A DNA stretch of 64,000 nucleotides from Neocallimastix sp. 'constans' (lineage: Eukaryota). Both the position numbers and the translations under genes were made by a program. The stretch spans positions 372,001-436,000 of the forward strand of contig JBODTK010000117.1 in NCBI GenBank assembly GCA_050613775.1, written 5' to 3'. The notes beneath the pieces are model-generated. The model worked only from the letters and a program-made list of their open reading frames with translations. It was not told where the DNA came from and did not search any database. Shown piece by piece: positions 41,251 to 56,071 of this stretch (positions within the stretch are counted from its first letter, which is position 1; the number at the start of each line of letters is the position of its first letter).

Positions 41251-41357
41251 ATTTTTTTAAGCATGCAGTCATATAAATAATCATATAAAAAAAATAAAAA
41301 AATATATACATTTTAAATTCTTTTATATGAATTATATAACTGCATGCTTAAAAAAAT
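41251..41357. repeat. Short inverted-repeat (foldback/MITE-like) element
   Basis: Left arm ATTTTTTTAAGCATGCAGTCATATAAATAATCATATAAAAA is the near reverse complement of right arm TTTTTATATGAATTATATAACTGCATGCTTAAAAAAAT. Confidence 0.75.
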
Positions 41358-42285
41358 AAATAAAAATACAATTTTTTTTAATAAAAAAGAAAAGAGCAAA
41401 AAAAAAGAAAGAAATAAAATATAAAAAAAATACAATTTTTTTTAATAAAAAAGAAAAGAGCAAAAATAAAGAAAGAAATAAAATATAAATATAATAATAG
41501 AAATATAATAATATATAAATATAATAATAATATATAATAATAATAATATCCACACTTTAAACATCATTTTTTATAAATATAAATATAATAATAGAAATAT
41601 AATAATATATAAATATAATAATAATATATAATAATAATAATATCCACACTTTAAACATCATTTTTTTTTTAATACATTAATTTATCCTTCGATCTTTATA
41701 ATATTTTTATTAAAGAATCATATCAAATGAAATTTTATAGTATAATATATATTAATAAATGAATTTATATTGTATAAAATATATTTAATAAATGAAGTTT
41801 TATAGTATAATATATATTCAATAAATGAAGTTTTTATCTTTTTATTATAAATGAATTTTTCCATATTATATATTAACTGATATTATTACAGTAATATTTA
41901 CATATATTAATTTGTTTAAATAAGTAATTTATATTTTATTTTATTACTTTTTTTTTTATATAAAAATATAATCATCATATTTACTCAATATTAAATTTTA
42001 TATAAAAAATATAAAAAAAAAAAAATTATTATTTTAAATTATAAATTTAAATTTTCATATGAATTTTTTATTTTTTTTTTTAAAAAAAATTAAAAATTTT
42101 TTGACATGTGAAAATCATAAATTATTTAATAATATTAAATTATTTATTGGTTAATATGGATACTAAAAAAAGGAAATAAAAAGAAATTAAAAAGAAATTA
42201 AAAAGAAATATGTTAAAAAAAAATTATATTGTTTATTAATTATAAAAAAATGATATTTTAAATTATAAACTTTCATTTATTCTTA

Positions 42286-42316
<31 letters not shown>

Positions 42317-42793
42317 TTATAAAATTATAAAATTATAAAATTATAACAAAGGATATTTTATAAAAAAAAATAATTTTTTATAGTAAAAAAAATTGTATTA
42401 ATAATTAAATATATAATTTCAAATTTAATGGTCTTATTCATAAATATTTTAATTAATACTAAAATTTATTAAATAACCAATAATTAAAAGATATTTTTTA
42501 TTGACATTTCTATTGGATCAATTACTAAGATTATAATTGATTTTATAATTAACCTTTTTATCTCAATTGAATATTGTATATATATAATTTACAGAAATTT
42601 ATATGTAAATATAAATCTCATGTAATAATAAATAATCATAAAATATAAAAATATAATATATAATTTATATTTTACATATTATATCTTATATCTTATATTT
42701 TATATTACATCTATTAGTTATTCATCTTTTATATTCAAATTTTATTTTTTTTTTATTATATATCAAAATATAAGTTATATTTAAGGATATAAT

Positions 42794-42840
<47 letters not shown>

Positions 42841-43797
42841 TATTTCATTAAAAAAAAATATATTTAAGAATATATATTATTATTAACAATGGTTATCATT
42901 ATAATATATTAGCTTTATTATTTATTTTTTAAATTATAAAATAATAATAATAATATATTATTATTATCAAAAGATAAAGACATAATTATATATGAATTAT
43001 CAAGTTTTATTTTTTTTTTTTGTATACGTTACAAGTATAAAACAAAAAGATGATTTTTATAAATGTCTATCAATTGTAAATCTTCAATTTTATTAATTAA
43101 AAAAAAAAACATTGATGGTATAATAAATATGTTTATAAAAATATTAATCATAATATATTATGATATCTCAATTTTTATTCATTTATTTAAAAAAAAAAAA
43201 AATTAAAATAACCATATTAATTATTGATATATTGATAATAAATGATTCCAGGTTTTATTTATTTAAAATATATTGTATTAGTATTAGTAAAATATTATTT
43301 ATTTTATCCATTGATATTAATGAATGGTTTAATCGAATAAAATATTTTATTAAAAAGAAATTCTAAGATAAAGTAAAAGTAAAAAATAAAAATAAAAAAG
43401 TTATATTAAAATCATATGAAAAATAAAAAATATATATATTAAAATAAATAAAAAATAATAAATAAATAATAAAAAAATAAAAAATAAAAAATAATTTTGA
43501 AATGTATATTTTATTCATTGTATATATATATATATATATACAATTTTTATTAATATAAATATATATTAATAAAAAAAATGTTTAAAACCTTTTATATATA
43601 TAAAAAAAGGTTATAGTAAAATAATTATTATGTATAAATGAATAAAATGAATAAATTACACTTTAAATTAATGTTTATTAATTATAATTAAATCAAATAA
43701 TACAAATAATATGTATTGATGACAGATTTAAAATTGTTCACAAAAAATTATTTATTTGCACTCATATGAAACATTTTTCAAACAAACGAAAAAAAAA

Positions 43798-43840
<43 letters not shown>

Positions 43841-45571
43841 TTTTATCAAATTATATTTGATTTGTTTGATTATAAAATTTTATTTTTAAATTATAAATAT
43901 AGAAATAAAAATAAATATCCGATCGATTCACATTTAATAAAATATCATTTTAATTATTATGATTTTTTTATTAGTTATTATTATTATTATCATTAATTAT
44001 TATTATCATTATTATTAAGATGTTTATTTGTTTTTTTTTATTTTTTATTTTCTTTCAATGGTTAAATTTTTATTTATTACCACTATGATTAAATTAAAAT
44101 TATATTAAACATGAAATTAAAATTATTTTATTTTATCTTATTTTATAAATCTTTAAATTAATTACTTCTTCTTAATTTTTAATAAAAGTATTATATATTC
44201 TTTTATATATTCTTATATATAATACTTTTCAATATTACAGATAAAAATATTCTTTATTAACCTACTTTAAACATAAATAATTTTTTATATTATTATAATT
44301 ACTGTTATTTTATATAAATTATAATTTAATTGCTAATGTTGTAGTTCAAATATTGTCAAATAAAGTTAACTTTTTTATTCATTAGAATTTTAATAATATT
44401 ATATTTTATATTACAGATATAAAGATAGTTTTTTTTTTTTTTAAAAAAATTATATTTTGTTATAATTTAAATATTGTATTAATCAAAAGTTATATTAATA
44501 TTATTTTATTTAATAATACAATATTTAAATTATAACAAAACTTTTGATTTGATATTATTGTTATTTATAATATAGTTATAATATAGATTATCGTTAATTA
44601 TTAATTATTATATGTTTATAATTAAATAAATTCTTTCAAATATATATAGTATTGAATTATTTCATAATCATTAGTTTTATATAATTTTGTAATAATAGTT
44701 TGTTTATTATCTACTAGTAAAAAAAAAATAAAAATTTCACATGAAAATTAGAAAAAAAAAATAATTTGAAAAAAAAAATATATATTTATAATATTAATTT
44801 TTATATTATAATGTATATTATTTATATATTATTTATAAAATGTCATGATATAAATTATACTATTGTATATACTTTAAAATATATTAATTAATTTTAAAAT
44901 AAATTATTGATTTAATAATAATATATTTAAATATAGAAAAATTAGAAGAATTATATTTAAAATAAATTGTAATAAATGGTGTGATAATAATTCTATTTTA
45001 ATAAATTTTAGTTATTATTAAAAAAAAAAAAAAAAAAATTATAATAAATAGGATTAATAAATAACATAATAATAAATTTAATCTTTAATTATCTTATTAA
45101 AAATAATTAATTATACTAATTAATGTAATAATAAGAATGTAATTATTTAAAATTTTATAAATGTAATTTTTTAATAATTGAAAAATTTTATATAAAAAGT
45201 TGGATTTCAGCTCTACTTCAAATCTTTTTTTTTTTTTCAATATTAATTCAAATATTGTAACTAAATTAATTTTTTATTGTAGTGAAAGTAACAGTATAAA
45301 TATTTATATAAATAAAAAAATATATACTTCATAAAAAAAAAATTTAGGAAATTAATAAAATAAAAAAAAAAAAAACCTTATTTTTTAAACAAACTTTAAA
45401 AATACTTAAAATAAAAAGTTTATATTATTATCATCAATATAAGAATATTTTTTTTATATTTTTACATACATAAAAGTTATTAGATTAAAAAAAAAAAAAA
45501 AAAAAAATATTATTTCAATAAAATATTATCAATACAAATTATTTTGAATAGACAAAAATAAAAAATTAAAG

Positions 45572-47059
45572 ATGAAATTAATTGACACTATAGAAGAGTT
45601 TAAATTAAGCAAGAAATTTAAATATTTCTTCTTTGGTATGCTATGTATTTTATTCCCATTAGTTATTACTATCTATGGTATTATATACTTTGGTGGTTTA
45701 TGGGATCCAATTAGTCGAATGAAGAATCTTAAGGTTTCTATTGTCAATAATGATGAAGGTTGTCCAAGTACTAATCTTTTATGTCTAGTACTCAAAAATA
45801 ATAATCTCGAAATTCCAAATTTAGGTGAAATGATTAAAACTAATATTCTTAACGCTGACGAAACTAAAAATCTTTTTGATTGGCAAGAAGATTTTAAAAA
45901 TGAAAGTGATAGAAATAAAGTACAAGAAATGTCATCCGATATAGTTACTGATTATGATCGTTGGGGTGTAATTTATATTCCACAAAACTTTACACAAAAA
46001 ATTATTTCTAATCTTGATAAATCTCAATTTTCAAGTCCAGAAGCCCAACAACTTATTGTCAATTCAGTTTCAAGTAAACTTGGTATTAAGCCTGAAAATA
46101 TTGGCCAATATTTCGATTTAAAAGATTTAACTACAAGTGAAGATGCAACCCTCTTTTACATATTCGATACAGCTCGTAGTTATACATCAGTTACCTTTGT
46201 TACTACCGCCTTTGAAACTATTGACAAGGTTTTAAAGAGGACACTCGCTCTTAAAATGTACCAAACTGCTTCAGGTGCTGGTGCTTCCTTTAATAATAAC
46301 TTTTACTTGAATGCTTACGTATCTATATTTGATGACAAACGTCCATTACGCAATTTTGGTCAAAACTTTGCATCATTTATGTTATTTGTTATTATCTACA
46401 TTGCAGCTATTGCTACAAACCTTGTCTATAGAAAATATCGTCCATTTAATAATTACATTCAAGAAAATAAAACGAACACTTCAATTTTCATTTCTGCTAT
46501 TTGTAAAATTTTAATCAATATGCTATATATGTTGGTGGTATGTGCTTTCATGATGATTGTTATGTTTATGTTTGGTAATGCTCAACATGAAAAGAGTAAG
46601 TTCTGTTCCTATTTAATCTTTGTATTATGGGCTTTCATTAGTTTAAGTTTCTGTCATATTGTCTCAAATATTTTACCACTTTTACCATTCCTTGGTATCT
46701 GTGTTATTTTCCTCGTTATCCAATTAGCTACTTGTGGTGGTATTGTAGCCAACAAATTACAACCAGGTTTCTGGAATATAGGTAAGGCTTTCCCTATGTA
46801 CTATGCTACAGCTGAGTTGAAATTCCTTATGTTCAACACTGGTGGTAGATTCAGTGGAAGAAATATTCTTGCTCTTCTTCTTTGGGCATGTGGATTAGCC
46901 ATCGTAGATATTATTTCAAGTTTTGTACAATTAAATAATGTAAGAAAACAAGCTCCACAAACCAGAGATATAGAAAAACAAGAAATGAGTACAAATAATA
47001 ATAGAGTAACTCAAAAAGATATTGAGAATGAAAAAGATATTACCATGAATAAGCTATAA
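45572..47059 (+). CDS. YhgE/Pip-like (DUF3533/SNG1-like, ABC-2-type permease fold) membrane protein, 495 aa, intronless
   Basis: N-terminal TM followed by GGLWDP...NLKVSIVNNDEG, WGVIYIPQNFT, a soluble domain, then about five TM helices with LQPGFWNIGKAFPMYYA. Confidence 0.8.
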   Translation: MKLIDTIEEFKLSKKFKYFFFGMLCILFPLVITIYGIIYFGGLWDPISRMKNLKVSIVNNDEGCPSTNLLCLVLKNNNLEIPNLGEMIKTNILNADETKNLFDWQEDFKNESDRNKVQEMSSDIVTDYDRWGVIYIPQNFTQKIISNLDKSQFSSPEAQQLIVNSVSSKLGIKPENIGQYFDLKDLTTSEDATLFYIFDTARSYTSVTFVTTAFETIDKVLKRTLALKMYQTASGAGASFNNNFYLNAYVSIFDDKRPLRNFGQNFASFMLFVIIYIAAIATNLVYRKYRPFNNYIQENKTNTSIFISAICKILINMLYMLVVCAFMMIVMFMFGNAQHEKSKFCSYLIFVLWAFISLSFCHIVSNILPLLPFLGICVIFLVIQLATCGGIVANKLQPGFWNIGKAFPMYYATAELKFLMFNTGGRFSGRNILALLLWACGLAIVDIISSFVQLNNVRKQAPQTRDIEKQEMSTNNNRVTQKDIENEKDITMNKL

Positions 47060-50000
47060 ATTCATTAAAAGAAGAAATAATAAATATTAATGATTTTTAT
47101 CTTCATTTATTAAAAAAAAAAATAAAATAAAATAATAAAAATTAAAAAAAAAAAAAAATAATGTTATTTAGTTTTATTAAAATTTAAATTTATTTAAATA
47201 ATAACTTAATATTTAAAAATTTATATATGTATTTCAAATATTTTAAAAAAATAAAAAAATTAATACTTTAATAATAAAAATTTTTTATATACTATTTATT
47301 AATCAAATATTTAATAGACAATAACAATAATGCATAATTTTTTAATTTAAAATTAAAAATTAAAAATTTATAAGAAAATTTGTGTGTGTATGAATAAATA
47401 TTGGTAATTATTATTATTATTATTACACTTAAAAAAAAAAAAAAAAAAGAAAGAGAAATTTGATTTAATATAATAATAGCTTTTTATTTTATTTTGTTTT
47501 GTTTTTTCCTTCTTTCATCATTTTAACGAAAATAGAAATTATTGTCAACTTCAAATGATAATTATTTATTAATTAATACTTTTATAATATAAATTATCAT
47601 GTTTCTTTATTAAACAAATACTTTAAAAACAAAAAAAAATTAATAGTTTATAATATTTATTTATAAAAGTTATCAAATAGGTAGATATTGCAGATATTGT
47701 TAGTTAATATAATATGTGCAAATATATTGTATTTTATACTGCCATTTTTTAGCTATATATTTTATTATTAAATAAATCTAAAAAATATGAAAATATATTT
47801 AATATATTAGACATATTTTAAAATTTTTTTTTAATTATTACTTTTAATAAATTATATTTACATTTAAAAGATTCAGAGTATTCAAGACATTAACTTTATT
47901 AATTTTTAATAAACAAATTTATATTCTTCATTTTTATTTAAATATCTTAAAATAAATACGAAATGGCTTCTCCCAACCGTATTCTCATTTCTCTATAGAT
48001 TATTATATAACTATACAATAAAAAAAATAAAAAAAATAAAAAATAAAAAAAGTTTAGTATATATTCATCTAACTTTGCCACTCCAAAATATCAATACAAA
48101 TTCATTAAAATTCAATTATTCTATGGATTTCTAAATGAATTCTTTACATTTCGATCAAAAAATAATAAGATGTGAATTAACATTTTTATATATACTATAT
48201 ATATTTTTGACTTATCCCATCTTTTTAATCAAAAAAAAAAAAAAAAAAAAATGTAAATTATCATCTTTTAATAAAAGCCTTTCTTTTTAAAAATTTAAAA
48301 TACTTTAATTATTAATTTCTATTATCATAAATATTATTACAGTTAGATTATTAGTATTAGCACTATATTAATAAAAGTGCTAATATACTATTAGTAATAA
48401 TTTGATATTAGTATTAGTATTTACTATTAATATTAGTAATTACTATTAATATTAATATTTAAATCATTAATTATTAAATATTAAATAAAAATTGTCATAT
48501 TAATTATAAATCTAACACTAGAAATTATATTAACTCAATTTACTAATATAATATAAATAAAAGTTAATAATTTAGTAATTATATTCAACTCTAATGGTTA
48601 ATTATAACTATAATTATTAAATGTTAATTAAAATAAGATTTAACTATATCATTATAATTTTTGATATATTATGTTTTAAGTATTTTATTTCTTGGTAATA
48701 TTTTTATATTAATTATGTTATAAAAAAAAGTGTAAATACTTTATTTTAACAACAAATATATCAAAATACATCATAAAATATAGAATATGCTAATTCATTT
48801 GACTATATAAATATTTTATATATTATTATTATTATTATTATTAACAAATTTATTTATAATATTTATAACAATTAAATTCATTTTAAAAAACTTTAAATTT
48901 ATTTTGGAAATAAACTTATCAAAAATAGATGTATTTAAAATCAAATATAAACCAATTATTTTATTAGTTTATTTTATTATATAATACCATACTTTTATTT
49001 TTATAATTATCATGTATATATATATATATATATAAATTTGACACAAGTAAGTAAATTTAATGTATAGAAAATGAAAGCATTCAAAAACAATTTGAATTTT
49101 TTTAGATCAATGAGTATTCACTGTATCCTAACCCTAAAATAAATACTAAATAAAATTTAGTCTAGCTTTTGAATATTTACAAGGGTTAAAATTTAAAATT
49201 TAGGAAATGACTGAGAAAAGTATGTGTGTTTTTTATAATAAACTTTAATTTTTGTATTTAGTTAATACATAAATTTTATTAATGTAAAGAACTCATTTTT
49301 TTAAGAAAATAAAAATAATTATTTTTTTATAGTAAAAATTACATATTTAATCATGTGATAATTCTATGAATTAATACACATAGATAAATGTTACACAACA
49401 TAAAAATATAAGAATAAAATATTAATATAAGAATATAATATTGATAATAATATAAGAATATAAAAATATAATATTAATAATATAAAAATATAAAATAAAA
49501 TGTGATTATTTTAACAATGACAAAAAAAAAGATTATATAAATATAATAATAAAAATTTGGGTTATGGAAAAATCCAAAATAATAATTATACTAATAATAA
49601 TAATTTAATGTATATTAAATAAACACAATAATAGCAACTATTTTTTAATGAAATTTAAAGAAAATTTTGGAGACATTAATTTATAAGGAAAGGATAATTA
49701 AAAATGTTTTATAAATAAAAGTAAATAATTTGTAAAATATATTTTGTATTAAAAAAAAAAAAAAAACTAAAATTGATATAATAAATAAATAAATATTTTT
49801 TTTTTTTTAAAAAATTAAAAAAAAATTATTAAACATTAATATAAAGTATGAGTATTAATTATAAATAACTATAATTATAATAATATTTAAAAAAAATTAA
49901 AAATTAAGAAAAACTAAAATTTAGCAATAAGAAATATATATAAAGTTGTAAAGTAATATAAAATAGTAAATCAAATATTTATAATAGAAATATTATCAAT

Positions 50001-50920
50001 TGCAATTTACAAAAGAAAAAAATAAAATAATGAATAAAATATTAATAAAATTAGGTTTCAATGAAAAAAAAAATTATTAATAAATATTATTTAGATAATA
50101 TTCTTAAAAAATGAGAATTTAAATTTTTATATTCCAACTATTTGTAAATTATTAAAACTTTTTTTTTTTTTTTATAAAATTTTAATTTTAAAATTTCATT
50201 AAAATTTTAAAATATATATATATATATTTTCCCCTTTCACCATATAAGTAATTATTATTATTCTTTAAGATTTTAATAATAATAAAATTCAAATTCATTA
50301 TTATTATTTTTTTACTTTTCACCATTTATAAATTATTATTGTTTTCTGAGATTTTATTATATATGAATATTCATAAAAAAATTTAAAAAAACATTACAAT
50401 AATTATTCTATTAATACCACGAAAAATCTAAACTTTAATTATCAATCATAGTATACATATATATATATATATATATATTTTTTTTTTTTTTAAGTATTTA
50501 AATTATTTTGAAATAATTAATAAAAATTTAAGAAAACTATAATTTATCTTTAATAATATTAACAAGATAGAAGTTTATACTTATATCTAAAATTATTGTA
50601 AAATTACCTTAAAGTAATCAAGAATTGAGAATTATTAATAGAGCTATTTATTTATTATTAATAAGCTTTAACTTCTAATTTCATTATTTTTCGAATTTTG
50701 AATAAAAAATTTTTATATTTTAGAAATAATTTTCTTTTAATTTAATAACTGTTTTCTATATATATAAAGTAACATTTTATATCAATAAAAAAAATAAAAT
50801 TAAACTAATAAGTTTATTGTAATATAAACTAATATACAAATTATAAAAAATTACGATATAAATTTATTATAATAATTTTTTTTATATATTTATACATATT
50901 TATACATATCATTTATATAC

Positions 50921-50952
<32 letters not shown>

Positions 50953-51286
50953 ATATATATAAATATATATAATACAATTTATAGAATATATTTTATAAAG
51001 AAATAAAAGAAAATTTTTTTTAAAGCATTATTTGTTTCTTTTAATTCATTCACAATATATAAAATTATTCTTTAAATAAAAATAAAAGTTAAAATGAAAA
51101 TTTAATTATAATGATAAAACATTATTAATTATATAAAACTGACTTAATAGACTTTATTCTGTAAAAAAAATAAAAATAAGTAATATTAAAGTGGTTTTAT
51201 TTAAAAAAGAAAATATATATATTTTTATTTTTTTTGATATTATCAACTTACCTATTAAAAAGTTTGTTAAATAAGAATTAAAACAC

Positions 51287-51328
<42 letters not shown>

Positions 51329-52987
51329 TAAATGTTATTGGGTAATCTTTTTTTTTTTTTTTAATTAATTTTTAATATAATTAATTGATTTTAATAATAA
51401 ATATATCGAAATATATTTTGAAATATATTATTTTGTTACAATTTAAAAAAATAAAAAAAAATATGAAAGAAACAGAATTAAAAATAAAGAATGAGATAGT
51501 TAAAATAATAACAGGTATTGGAAAAGAATTGAAAAGTTTATAATTGATTTTGTATAATAAAATATTTTTAATATAATAGTAATATTACAATAATAATAAT
51601 ATATTAATATTTAATATATATTTTTTGTTTTTATTTAATATTCCATAAAATTTGATTGCTTAATTTTTTTTTGTTTTATAGCCAAAAAAAAAAAAAAGAA
51701 CAATATTTAAAAAAATTAAACGATCTTTATTTTATGTTTATATTAATCTATCTATGATTTAAAATATAATATTAATAATATATAATAGTATTTATGATTT
51801 TTTTTTATACAGAAATTATCAAAAAAATAAATAAATAAATATATATGATAATATTAAATAATTTTTGTAAATTTTTAATTTTTCTTTCAATTTTTCTTTT
51901 ATTATATTATATTATAATTCACATTAAGACTTTGTATTAATATGGTATTTTTTTTTTACCATGTTTTTTTTTTTATAATTTTATAATTATGCATTTTCAT
52001 TATAAATTAAAACTATTAAAGTTTTAATTTATTTATTTTATGGAATTACTAATCCTTACATAAATGTACTACTTATATATTTATATATTTTTAGAAATTA
52101 TATATTCTTTTTTTTTTTTTTTTTAGTTTACTTAATATATTTTAAAAAATATACTATCATTTTTTGTTATTGTTCTTTTTTTTAAAAAAAATATATATAT
52201 ATTATAAGTATAAATTTTACATTTTAGTATTTTTTATTTTATAATGTAATTTTACATATTATTATTATATAATTTAAATATTTTAGGATGAATATTAACT
52301 ATTAGATAGTAATAAATTTTAATATTTTATTATTATTTATTGAATGATTTTCTTAGTAGAAAAAAAAAAAACATTTTTTTGTGGATTAGCAATGTTATAT
52401 TAAGAATGTAATAGTGTTAATTAAAATAAAGAAAAAAATAAATTCTAATTTAAATTAATTCAATGAAATATGTATATTATATTTATATTATTAATATGTT
52501 TTAATATAAATTAAATAATATGAGAACATTTTTTTTTTTGGTCCATATTAATTATTATAGCTGACCCCCACACATAAATATATAATAGTATAATAGCTTA
52601 AGAAATAAATGTTTAAATTATTATATATAAATTTTTTAAATATTTTTATCTTATATTATATTTCATATAATTTTTATTCTTTTTATTTTATTTTTTTTAT
52701 TTTATAAGTATAAAAATTTTAATCTAAATATATTTTTATTAACATCTTCATTTATAATTTTAACAAATTTTTTTAAATGTCTAAAGAAATTGAATCTTGA
52801 ATATAGAAAATAAAAAAAAAAAAAGAATTATAATATCACTATTATTGGTAAAGTTCAAAATTCTTTCTTTTTTTATTTTATTCTAAAAACTGATTTATTT
52901 GTTAATTAGTAAATTTAGCAAATAATATTTTTATTATATTATAATACAATATATTAAATTTTAAAATTTATTTTTTGTATTACTCAA

Positions 52988-53021
<34 letters not shown>

Positions 53022-53769
53022 TTTATTTACGTTTATGAATATTGTAGATGTACCGTCCAATATATTTAATACATTATACATTAATTATTATTTTTGTATG
53101 TTTATAAATAAAAAAAAAATTTCAATAAAAAATGGAGAAATACAATAAAAATGACAATATATATATGAATAGTTTAATATAATGTTATTTATATTATATT
53201 TATTTAAATTCCATAAAAGAGTATAATTTTAAATAATATATAGAATTTATTTAATTTATAGTAAATATATAATTATAATATAAATATTTTATTAATTTGA
53301 ATAAATTAAATATATTATTTTTTATTTTATTATAAAAAATGAATTTATATATTTAAATATATATAAATATATTATATAATAATATTAAATTTTTGTATTT
53401 TTGTTTATTATGAATTTTTAAGCGATTGGCTGTTGTTTTTTTTAGAAAAATAATTAATCAAAATAGTAATAAAAAATTAAAAAAAAAAAAAATAAAATGA
53501 TTATAATTGTTAATTATTTTACTCAATATAATATAATATAATATTATATATGAAAATATCAATTAAATATATGGATATGTATACTACATTTAATATTTTC
53601 TTAATTTATTTTTTTTTAATAATAAAATTTTTTTTAAAAATCAATTTAACCAATCATTTATTATTTAATCAAAGCCATTATTTTTTATATATAAAGAACT
53701 GTTTAATCCGATATTACAAAACCTCATCGTCAATTTTTAATTACATTTATTATTAAAAATATAACTAAG

Positions 53770-54074
53770 GTAAGTGTTTAAAAGATGTAAATGGGAAATT
53801 GAATAATGAAAAGAAAGAAAATGGAAAAAGTAATCAATAAAAGAAGAAAATTAATGCATTTTAGTAAGAATGAAATTTAAAATGATTAAAGAAAGTTAAT
53901 TATAAACAAATAATGCAATGGTTATGTTATTATAGTATTAATTTGGAATAATTATTACTATGAGAGTTAAATAAAATTAAAAAAATAATTAAAGAAAGAG
54001 AGAAGAAACAAAACATAAAGTGATGGTAATATTAATATAATTTTATTTAATTTATTGTATAATTTGAAACTTAG
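53770..54074 (+). other. 5'-UTR intron of the EF1A gene
   Basis: AG|GTAAGT donor at 53770; TTAG acceptor ends at 54074, one base before the ATG at 54076. Confidence 0.75.
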
Positions 54075-54075
54075 A

Positions 54076-55440
54076 ATGGGTAAGGAAAAGACTCACGTTA
54101 ACGTTGTCGTTATTGGTCACGTCGATTCTGGTAAGTCTACCACTACTGGTCACTTAATTTACAAGTGTGGTGGTATCGATAAGCGTACCATTGAAAAGTT
54201 CGAAAAGGAATCTGCTGATCTTGGTAAGGGTTCCTTCAAGTACGCCTGGGTTCTTGATAAACTTAAGGCCGAACGTGAAAGAGGTATTACCATTGATATT
54301 GCCCTCTGGAAGTTCGAAACTCCAAAGTACTACGTTACCGTTATTGATGCCCCAGGTCACCGTGACTTCATTAAGAACATGATTACTGGTACTTCCCAAG
54401 CTGATTGTGCTATTCTTATTATTGCCGCTGGTACTGGTGAATTCGAAGCTGGTATTTCCAAGGATGGTCAAACTCGTGAACACGCCCTTCTTGCCTACAC
54501 TCTTGGTGTCAAGCAACTTATTGTTGCCGTCAACAAGATGGATACCGCTAAGTGGTCCGAAGCCCGTTTCAAGGAAATTGTTAAGGAAGTTTCCAACTTC
54601 ATTAAGAAGACTGGTTACAACCCAAAGACTGTTCCATTCGTTCCAATTTCCGGATGGCACGGTGATAACATGATTGAAGCCACCACTAACATGCCATGGT
54701 ACAAGGGTTGGACTAAGGAAACCAAGTCTGGTTCCTACACTGGTAAGACTCTTTTAGAAGCTATTGATTCTATTGAACCACCAAGTCGTCCAATTGATAA
54801 GCCACTTCGTCTTCCACTTCAAGATGTTTACAAGATTGGTGGTATTGGTACTGTCCCAGTCGGTCGTGTTGAAACTGGTGTCATCAAGCCAGGTATGGTT
54901 GTTACTTTTGCTCCAACTGGTGTTACCACTGAAGTTAAGTCTGTTGAAATGCACCACGAAGCTTTAGCTGAAGGTGTTCCAGGTGATAACGTCGGTTTCA
55001 ACGTTAAGAACGTTTCTGTTAAGGAAATTCGTCGTGGTAATGTTTGCTCTGACTCCAAGAGAGATCCAGCCAAGGAAGCCGCTTCCTTCACTGCTCAAGT
55101 TATTGTCATTAACCACCCAGGTCAAATTGCTAACGGTTACTCTCCAGTTCTTGATTGTCACACTGCTCACATTGCTTGCCGTTTCGCTGAAATCCAAAAG
55201 AAGATGGACCGTCGTTCTGGTAAGACTCTTGAAGAAAATCCAAAGTTCATCAAGTCTGGTGATGCTGCTATGGTTAAGTTAATTCCATCTAAGCCACTTT
55301 GTGTTGAAACTTTCGTCGAATACCCACCACTTGGTCGTTTCGCCGTTCGTGATATGAGACAAACTGTTGCCGTTGGTGTCATCAAGTCTGTCGAAAAGGT
55401 TGACAAGGCTGCTTCTGGTGCCGCTGGTAAGAAGAAGTAA
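54076..55440 (+). CDS. TEF1: Translation elongation factor 1-alpha, 454 aa
   Basis: [35 protein letters not shown], opisthokont insertion ([10 protein letters not shown]), [10 protein letters not shown]; strongly biased codon usage. True start is MGKEK at 54076, not 54055. Confidence 0.99.
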   Translation: MGKEKTHVNVVVIGHVDSGKSTTTGHLIYKCGGIDKRTIEKFEKESADLGKGSFKYAWVLDKLKAERERGITIDIALWKFETPKYYVTVIDAPGHRDFIKNMITGTSQADCAILIIAAGTGEFEAGISKDGQTREHALLAYTLGVKQLIVAVNKMDTAKWSEARFKEIVKEVSNFIKKTGYNPKTVPFVPISGWHGDNMIEATTNMPWYKGWTKETKSGSYTGKTLLEAIDSIEPPSRPIDKPLRLPLQDVYKIGGIGTVPVGRVETGVIKPGMVVTFAPTGVTTEVKSVEMHHEALAEGVPGDNVGFNVKNVSVKEIRRGNVCSDSKRDPAKEAASFTAQVIVINHPGQIANGYSPVLDCHTAHIACRFAEIQKKMDRRSGKTLEENPKFIKSGDAAMVKLIPSKPLCVETFVEYPPLGRFAVRDMRQTVAVGVIKSVEKVDKAASGAAGKKK

Positions 55441-55953
55441 ATAGCATAAACGAGAAATATTTGCGAATAAATGAGCGTAGAAAACCTTTTTTAAATATTT
55501 ATTCAAACAATTTCAAATAATTGATCCATTTGAATTTATATTTTTAATTTATAAATACAATGAAATTTTCAAATAATTTTAATAAAAATGTAATTAAATG
55601 AAATTAGAATTGCTATTAAATATAAAAATTAAAAAAAAAATAATGGAAAATGAATTTTAAAAATTAAATAAAAAAAAATAATTAAAAAAAATTATATTTT
55701 AGAAAAATTTTTATTTTGAAATTTTTGTGTATGAGTTTTGATATATATATTTATATATTATATATTGTTAAATTATAAACATGTTTTAATTATTAAATTT
55801 TTTTTCTTTTGTTTAAAAAAATTTTAATAAATTTTGTTTATTAGTGATATATTGGATAATTGAGATATATATAATGGTGTATATTTAATAAAGAGAACAA
55901 AAAAGTAAATTTTGTTATGCTAGATATAAGGCTAGATGCAACAGTAATTAATA

Positions 55954-56049
55954 GATCAAATGTGTCCTAATTTTTGTCCCTGTTGTAAAAGTAATAAACA
56001 ATGGATAAGTCATTGGTTAATTGATTGTCCCTTTTTCAATCATATTCGT
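55954..56049 (+). mobile_element. About 95-bp internal fragment of the same LINE family (zinc-knuckle segment)
   Basis: Near-identical to 57431-57526 and 62688-62783; encodes DQMCPNFCPCCKSNKQWISHWLIDCPFFNHIR, then stops abruptly. Confidence 0.9.
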
Positions 56050-56071
56050 TTATTAATCATCTCACTAAAAA

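Noticed and set aside
39868..41670. Local tandem duplications (about 160 bp at 39870-40198, about 115 bp at 41480-41665; also 23437-23530)
   Set aside because: Ordinary slippage duplications in AT-rich DNA with no further structure.
5310..53756. Many 60-240 aa F/I/L/Y/K/N-rich ORFs, including those antisense to the acidic repeats
   Set aside because: Translations of microsatellites, homopolymers or antisense strands; no domains.
54154..55506. Overlapping and antisense ORFs within EF1A
   Set aside because: By-product of strong codon bias.
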